Of a stretch of DNA of 64,000 bases, positions 59,501-64,000 are shown piece by piece (positions within the stretch are counted from its first letter, which is position 1; each line of letters starts with the position of its first letter). Origin of the DNA: Bugula neritina. Lineage: Eukaryota; Animalia; Bryozoa. The translations under genes and the position numbers were made by a program. Under the pieces are notes generated by a model. The model was given only the letters and a program-made list of their open reading frames with translations, ran no database searches and was not told the origin of the DNA. The stretch spans positions 11,212,722-11,276,721 of the forward strand of contig OZ037766.1 of the NCBI GenBank assembly GCA_964035545.1. The letters run 5' to 3'.

Positions 59501-62500
59501 TATTCTCAGCTGCTGTAATACATAGCTTCATTACAAAGAGAGTTCAACAGTTTGAAACACAAGCTATAACAAACAAATAAAGCTACCCAGCTGCAAAGCC
59601 AAAGTTAGTTATATTAACCATGAATATGAATTGAAAGTTTAAAGCACAGGCTATGCACAACAAACGAACCTACCCATGTGCAGATATAAAGAGTTAAGCT
59701 TCTGCTTAATAAAATATTAACCATTGGCAAATTAAAATAACTGTTTTTAACCTAAAGAGCAATCATGATCTACTGGTCGAATTGTTTTGCTAGAAAATCA
59801 GGCTGTAATAGCAAGTGATAAAGTGTCTATCCATCAGTTCATCTAATGATGCCTTCGTACAGTTCTAAAATATCAAAATAAATTGCAGTTGCAAATTGAT
59901 TTTGCTTGGTAATAGATCATTATTGCAATAGTGATTATTTTATAATTTACTAAAATATGCCTACAATAACTAATAGCAATTACAGTTCTGTTCAATCTGC
60001 AATAGTTTTTGCTACTGCCTTTTCCACTGAACTGCAACATCACAAACTTAGTGCACAACCTGATGAATTGAGGACATACGTGCACAAAACGCACTGAAAG
60101 ATCAATTTATTTAGGTACACAACTCCAAAGTTGTATTTGAGTTGTAACCAAGATATTTCTGCTGGGTTTTATTACTATGTAAACGTAATTAGTCAACCCT
60201 GTCTAGTGTTTTTTGCTTGCAGCTTGCCTGAATGTAGTAATGAAGTGTTGAAAGTTTATAATGAATCTCTATTTACATCCTTTTATTTGGTTAATGGTTG
60301 GTTTTCTAGAGTACTCTGTAGATCATAGACCAGGACTTCTACAGACTCTCTCATCATCTGAGAAAACGAATCTCATAAATTTGGTTGTTGATGACAAAAC
60401 TGGTCGTGGCAAGGAGGAGGGTACCATGATAACTCGACCTGACTACGCCCAGGCTTTGGATCTCATTGCTAAAGATCCTGATAACTTCTATCTCTCCGAC
60501 ATCGGTCAAGATATTATAGATTCGGTAAGTTGTATTGACTAAATATAATGCTTGTTCTGAGTACTTATAGTTCTATTTCTAACAGATTGAGCCGAATTAA
60601 TACATTAATATTATACTGGCAATTTTATGTTTGTATTGTAATTGTTTGACCTGCATGTTCTTCATTGACTTGGATATATTTTGATACATTGGTCGAACAC
60701 GATACAACAGAATGACCTTCTTTAGATCATCCAAATGCAACAGCTGTTGACCCACTTGTCATCACTCATGTGTATAATGTAATTCGATTATTAACTAGTA
60801 AGAATTATACTAGTTGAATATTTTTAGGTATGTATAAAAATTGTTACTACTATTTTCATTACTGTATAAATTACTGAATGATGCACCTGGTCATTCTTCA
60901 TCACTCCCGTCATTCATTTTAAAATTTGCTGAATTTTCAGAAAGTTTTCATGTCTAATTTTTGTGAATTTTGACATTTTTATTTTATCTCTAGGTGGATG
61001 GAAATATTACATTAGAAGATTTGACTGCATATAAAGCTATTGCTACGGAAATACTCAAGATGAATTATTCTGGTAATTATGTTTATAAAATGTTATAGCT
61101 GCCCCTCCAATTGCTACTATGCTATGTAATGGCATACTATTATCTTCCTCATTGTTTATCTAAATTTTTGCTGTTGAATTGAACTGACTGATAATTTTAT
61201 AGGTTTGTCATCTGAAACAGTAAACTTGCTTTTCTGTGTCACCTGCTAAAATAATTCAATAGTTTTAGAAACAATTTGAGAAATCCTGGCACACTTAATT
61301 TATGCATTAATGAAATATTCATATATGTCTAAATGTACAGACTAATTGAGGGTTGTATGCTTAAACAATTTTGTTTTATAGGAAATTATGTGCCCATGCT
61401 GATGACGTTTCCTTCAGCCTTGTAGTAATTATTGCTAACTTTCATTGCATGTTATTCTTAGCTGCTGCAACACACAGCCTACTCTAGTAGCACTGTATTG
61501 TAGACTATGTACTGGAGACGCCCGGTCCCCCTGCTGGTGGTGCAGCTCTCCTTCATATGCTGAAGATTCTAGAAGGATACAAGTTCTCACCTGCAGACAT
61601 TGCTAAGGATCTCACAGTTCATAGGGTAATTGAGGTCAGTATATCACATTGGAAGTTGTCTTCACTTTGATTGTTTTACTAAAAGTTGTTGAATCTAATA
61701 AAACATTTAACATAAAGAACATATGTTTTACAGGCAATGAAGTTTGGATTTGCGGCCTATCCCAACATTGTTGAGTTTAATAGCACAGAACAAAGCAAAG
61801 AGTTCACTCAAAACATGCTCAGGTAGTACAGTAATACAAAATAGGTTTACTTACAATATCTTGACTGTTAAAAATGGTAAGCTTATATAATATAGACTCT
61901 GTAATTCAATAGTGCTCAACATTGTGAGAAGGTCAGACTCAATATAACAGACAACAGCACTCATGACGAGTCATACTATAATCCCCAGTATGATGTCTTA
62001 CCTACAGAGGGGACTAGCGTCGTATCTGCTATAGACAATGACGAACTTTTTGTTTCTTCTATCAGGTAAATTTGTTATTACTTCTTCATTTGTCCATTAC
62101 TAACCAAATAAAATTTAATATTAGAATTTTAGAAATAATATTTGCCTCGACGAAGTAAAAAATTCATTAACTAATAAAAGTTGTTCTTACAGACAAAATT
62201 GTGTTCCATTTATAATTCATTGTACAAATTTACATATTGTACAAAGTCAAGACCTGGAATTTTATTGTTACAGTGAGTATAATTTCGATGAACTCTACAA
62301 TAATATTTTGTGCCCATACCATGTTACTTTTCTTGTTATATTTTTGTTCATTTTGTTTATAAAATACTTATTTATTTATGCAAACTCTTAATAATCTAGA
62401 TATTTTCTAAATACTTGGACTATATTATTCTAATATTCCAGCTCATGTTCCTAATGTGTGACAACTAAGGTGCAACTAGCTGCTGTTTTGGCACATTCCA

Positions 62501-63587
62501 TGTGCTTCCAAATAAATTTTGTTTGCCTTTAGTTCACTGAATAGTCATTTTGGCTCAGCAGTGATGACTAAGAAGTACGGGATTATACTGAACAACTTCT
62601 TGGATGCATATGATCATGCAGTTGATGGCCTGCTACCTAAACACGGGATCAATAATGTACGTATAGTTTCACTGTTTCAATCATCTTTGGTAGGTATTAG
62701 GTAGTTAGATAATACTGTAGGTCTGGGCAGTGCTTCTAGTTGATATTTTTTATAAAACCAGTGTTATAGCAACTTTTTCATAATAAATGTAACAATGCAG
62801 GTTTGCCAAATGTAGCGGTGCTATTTTATCATTAGTCATGACCTTAGTGTCATGTGTACATCACATATAGCAGTCATAATCTTGGTAAAAGTTTTCATGA
62901 TCCAAGCTCATAGCAAAGTTCTTCATGTTCAATTGAAGCTCAAAACTTGCATGAATAATGTTAATTATGTATGTAGAGTATTGCTAGTTATTTATGACCA
63001 AACAATAATGGGTTCTGACAAAATTTCTAGTATAAAATATTCCCTTATATCTTGATTTTCACAATTGGGTTGCTGAGTTTGATTTAAGTGTTTCTTTTTG
63101 TTTTCCATTACTGTAACAGATGCTTTAACTATAATAACTATATCTTACGATATACTACATTGTTTTAGAACAACATTGTAAAGGGTAGGAGGCGTCCAAG
63201 ATCGGCAATGGCACCCGTCATATTTTATAATCGTCATAGAAAGTGCAAGAAAAGAGGAGTGGTTGGCAGCACTGGAGGTCTAAAAGCTATTCCTGGTGAG
63301 AAACAGCACAATGGATACCCATGTTATTTATAAAAATTACTTGAAGGCTTCAATGTGTTTGGTTTTGTGCATAAGTTTGTTTAAAATTCTTAAAATTTAC
63401 TGCTTTCTTTCAACGGATCGTATGGTCTTTTGGTCAATCAACCATGGATGCTTTGTATGTATTGGATGTATTGTAGCAACTCTTCAATACTTGCTGAATA
63501 TACTGTCATTTGATGCAACACCTGAAGACTCCAATAAAAGGCCAAGATATTACAATACCCTTATACCCAACACAACTCACGTTGAAG
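50583..63587 (+). CDS. Gamma-glutamyltranspeptidase/glutathione hydrolase family protein (GGT7-like), 3' end beyond the window. Exons 50583-50616, 50724-50823, 51360-51462, 56854-57005, 57808-57928, 58467-58534, 58851-58924, 60310-60524, 60994-61072, 61504-61634, 61734-61822, 61913-62065, 62533-62656, 63169-63295, 63477-63587
   Basis: Signal anchor LIIGLGIALSVLSTVALGIAY, then GSAVDAAI..HSSGLGGGG, AVAVPGELAGL, GNITLEDL, PGPPAGG, EG|TSVVS (autocleavage Thr) and SSLNSHFGS..GIILNN. The cytosolic N-extension and SSLN motif resemble GGT7. The first two exons are less certain. Confidence 0.88.
51291..51364. repeat. 36-bp tandem duplication containing a GGT acceptor
   Basis: tgttgtaaactttgtaatgtaactatggtctagaaa followed by tgttgtaaactttataatataactttggtctag|aaatg. 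Confidence 0.92.
52978..56250 (+). mobile_element. RTE-clade non-LTR retrotransposon, slightly 5'-truncated
   Basis: Abrupt rise in GC content, a single EN-RT ORF, and a short 3' UTR ending ...cgagggattgctgacacac. Boundaries are approximate and no TSD was found. Confidence 0.85.
52988..56146 (+). CDS. LINE ORF: APE endonuclease, reverse transcriptase and C-terminal C2H2 finger (1052 aa, uninterrupted)
   Basis: DIAALQETR, SAYAPT, LGDFNARVG, HLIDY, TDH; KAAGPDGI, NYRGISLL, QCGFR, FIDLKKAFD, GVKQGC, YADD, YLGS; CPHC..HLRTH. Confidence 0.97.
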   Translation: MMDNDKSNRPERRTAFIARELRRLNVDIAALQETRLADEGQLTEIGGGYTFFWRGKPADEQRVHGVGFAIKNEVVRKLDQLPVGINDRMMTLQLNLRRNRKATLISAYAPTLLADHQEKEQFYSNLDMVLSGIPKSAKIMVLGDFNARVGKDHHVWKKIIGKDGTGKLNSNGEMLLTKCAEHSLAITNTLFRQKDRRKTSWRHPRSGHWHLIDYIIVKQRDVQDVRITRAMDLSDACWTDHRLILAKMNMCIHPKQMNRKRKQTKINLSLLNQPEIKQSFQSELTENIQDIDINSTHGSWEVLRNSILKTCHSTLGKPERKHEDWFDDNEQEINELMRQKRHAFSLWHQDYRNVEKREHYHKMRGKVQARIRTIKNDWWIQKSEELQRLAETNSSKEFFSATKRLYGPIFGGCGPIASKDGSTIHKGKDEIKGRWAEHFSELLNQDTMVDEKTLECLPQLSILTHLAEPPTIDELEKALSMTKSGKAAGPDGIPGEIFKGGGLELNRKLLELFQLIWEKESLHPDLKDANIVTLYKKGNRADCGNYRGISLLSIAGKLLARIVSFRLGQLTERCLPESQCGFRPYRGTVDMIFAARQIQEKCLEQHRDLFMAFIDLKKAFDTVHRPTLWKVLGKIGCPDKLVTIIRILHDDMKASVLVDGDHSKEFPVNTGVKQGCVIAPTLFSIFLTAVLQLVSECMPSGVRIRYRFNDIFNVKRLRAKTKTATEAIHELQYADDNMIMAHSEEELQLALTAFNTAYTSLGLTLNAKKTQVMYQPHPNTERHEDFSLKVGDQILDQVTTFNYLGSCLSSKANIDAEINRRLQAASSAFGRLQTRVFNNKDIYRQTKLKVYKAIVLPTLLYASETWVTYSHNLLSLEKFHNRSLRRILGVKWQDRQTTNSVLDKAQTTSITTMIVKRQLKWSGHVVRMDDNRLPKKIMYSELNTGYRSQGGQRKRYKDTLHESLKQCFIRPQTWEVQALDRKNWRTVVHQGTAIFEQQQRQKREHKRLLRKSRELCSVTHPPVTDSSNICPHCGKLCRSRIGLVSHLRTHNL

Positions 63588-64000
63588 GTATGAAATATCT
63601 TATACAAATACATTAGATTACTAGTTGTTATGAAATTCACTATATTATTTCTAATTATGTTAAATAATTCATAAAAGCTAATGATTAGCACTTTTATCTA
63701 TACAGAAAGGCAGATTCATAATTGGAATAGCTTTTTTAAGTTCGCATTCTATAAAAATATTCAGAATAAATATGCATGAAATATTTAATTTTTTTTTACT
63801 AATGCAATTATTTTTATTGCATGAAATAATCAGTCATTTCATTAACGCAATTAGTTTTATTCTAATATTTAGGCAATCTAATATAACCGTGCACTGCTTA
63901 AATAAATGTTGAAGTTTTTAGACCAAATTATAACATGGTGAGTTAGACAAAACGCAGTAGTGGAGCCATGATTCTTGCATTAGGCAACACAACATCAGTT

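Overview
AT-rich, intron-dense genomic DNA from a metazoan, probably an invertebrate (species not determinable). I reconstructed seven spliced genes by hand from splice sites and reading-frame phase: a TIA1/TIAR-like gene (-, runs off the left edge), MCMBP (-), BTBD16 (+), a BNIP3/NIX homologue (+), EIF3I (-), an SLC49A3/MFSD7-like transporter (-) and a GGT7-like gamma-glutamyltranspeptidase homologue (+, runs off the right edge). Mobile DNA comprises a nearly full-length RTE-type LINE nested in a non-autonomous hAT element, three tRNA-derived SINEs, a 2.4-kb long-TIR element inserted into one SINE, and several MITEs. The most striking unexplained pattern is that almost every tandem repeat with a unit of 20 bp or more is a duplication of an exon-intron junction. 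There are seven cases in five genes, at both donors and acceptors and of different ages, and they leave arrays of decoy splice sites in the introns. Other notable points: an RRM1-less TIA protein, a GGT that lacks its glutamate-binding residues, an intronic (CCTG)~140 tract between inverted SINEs, a U12 intron, a GC-AG intron, hexamer-periodic tracts near gene 5' ends, and a gene order resembling human 10q26. Homology calls rest on remembered motifs, not database searches.
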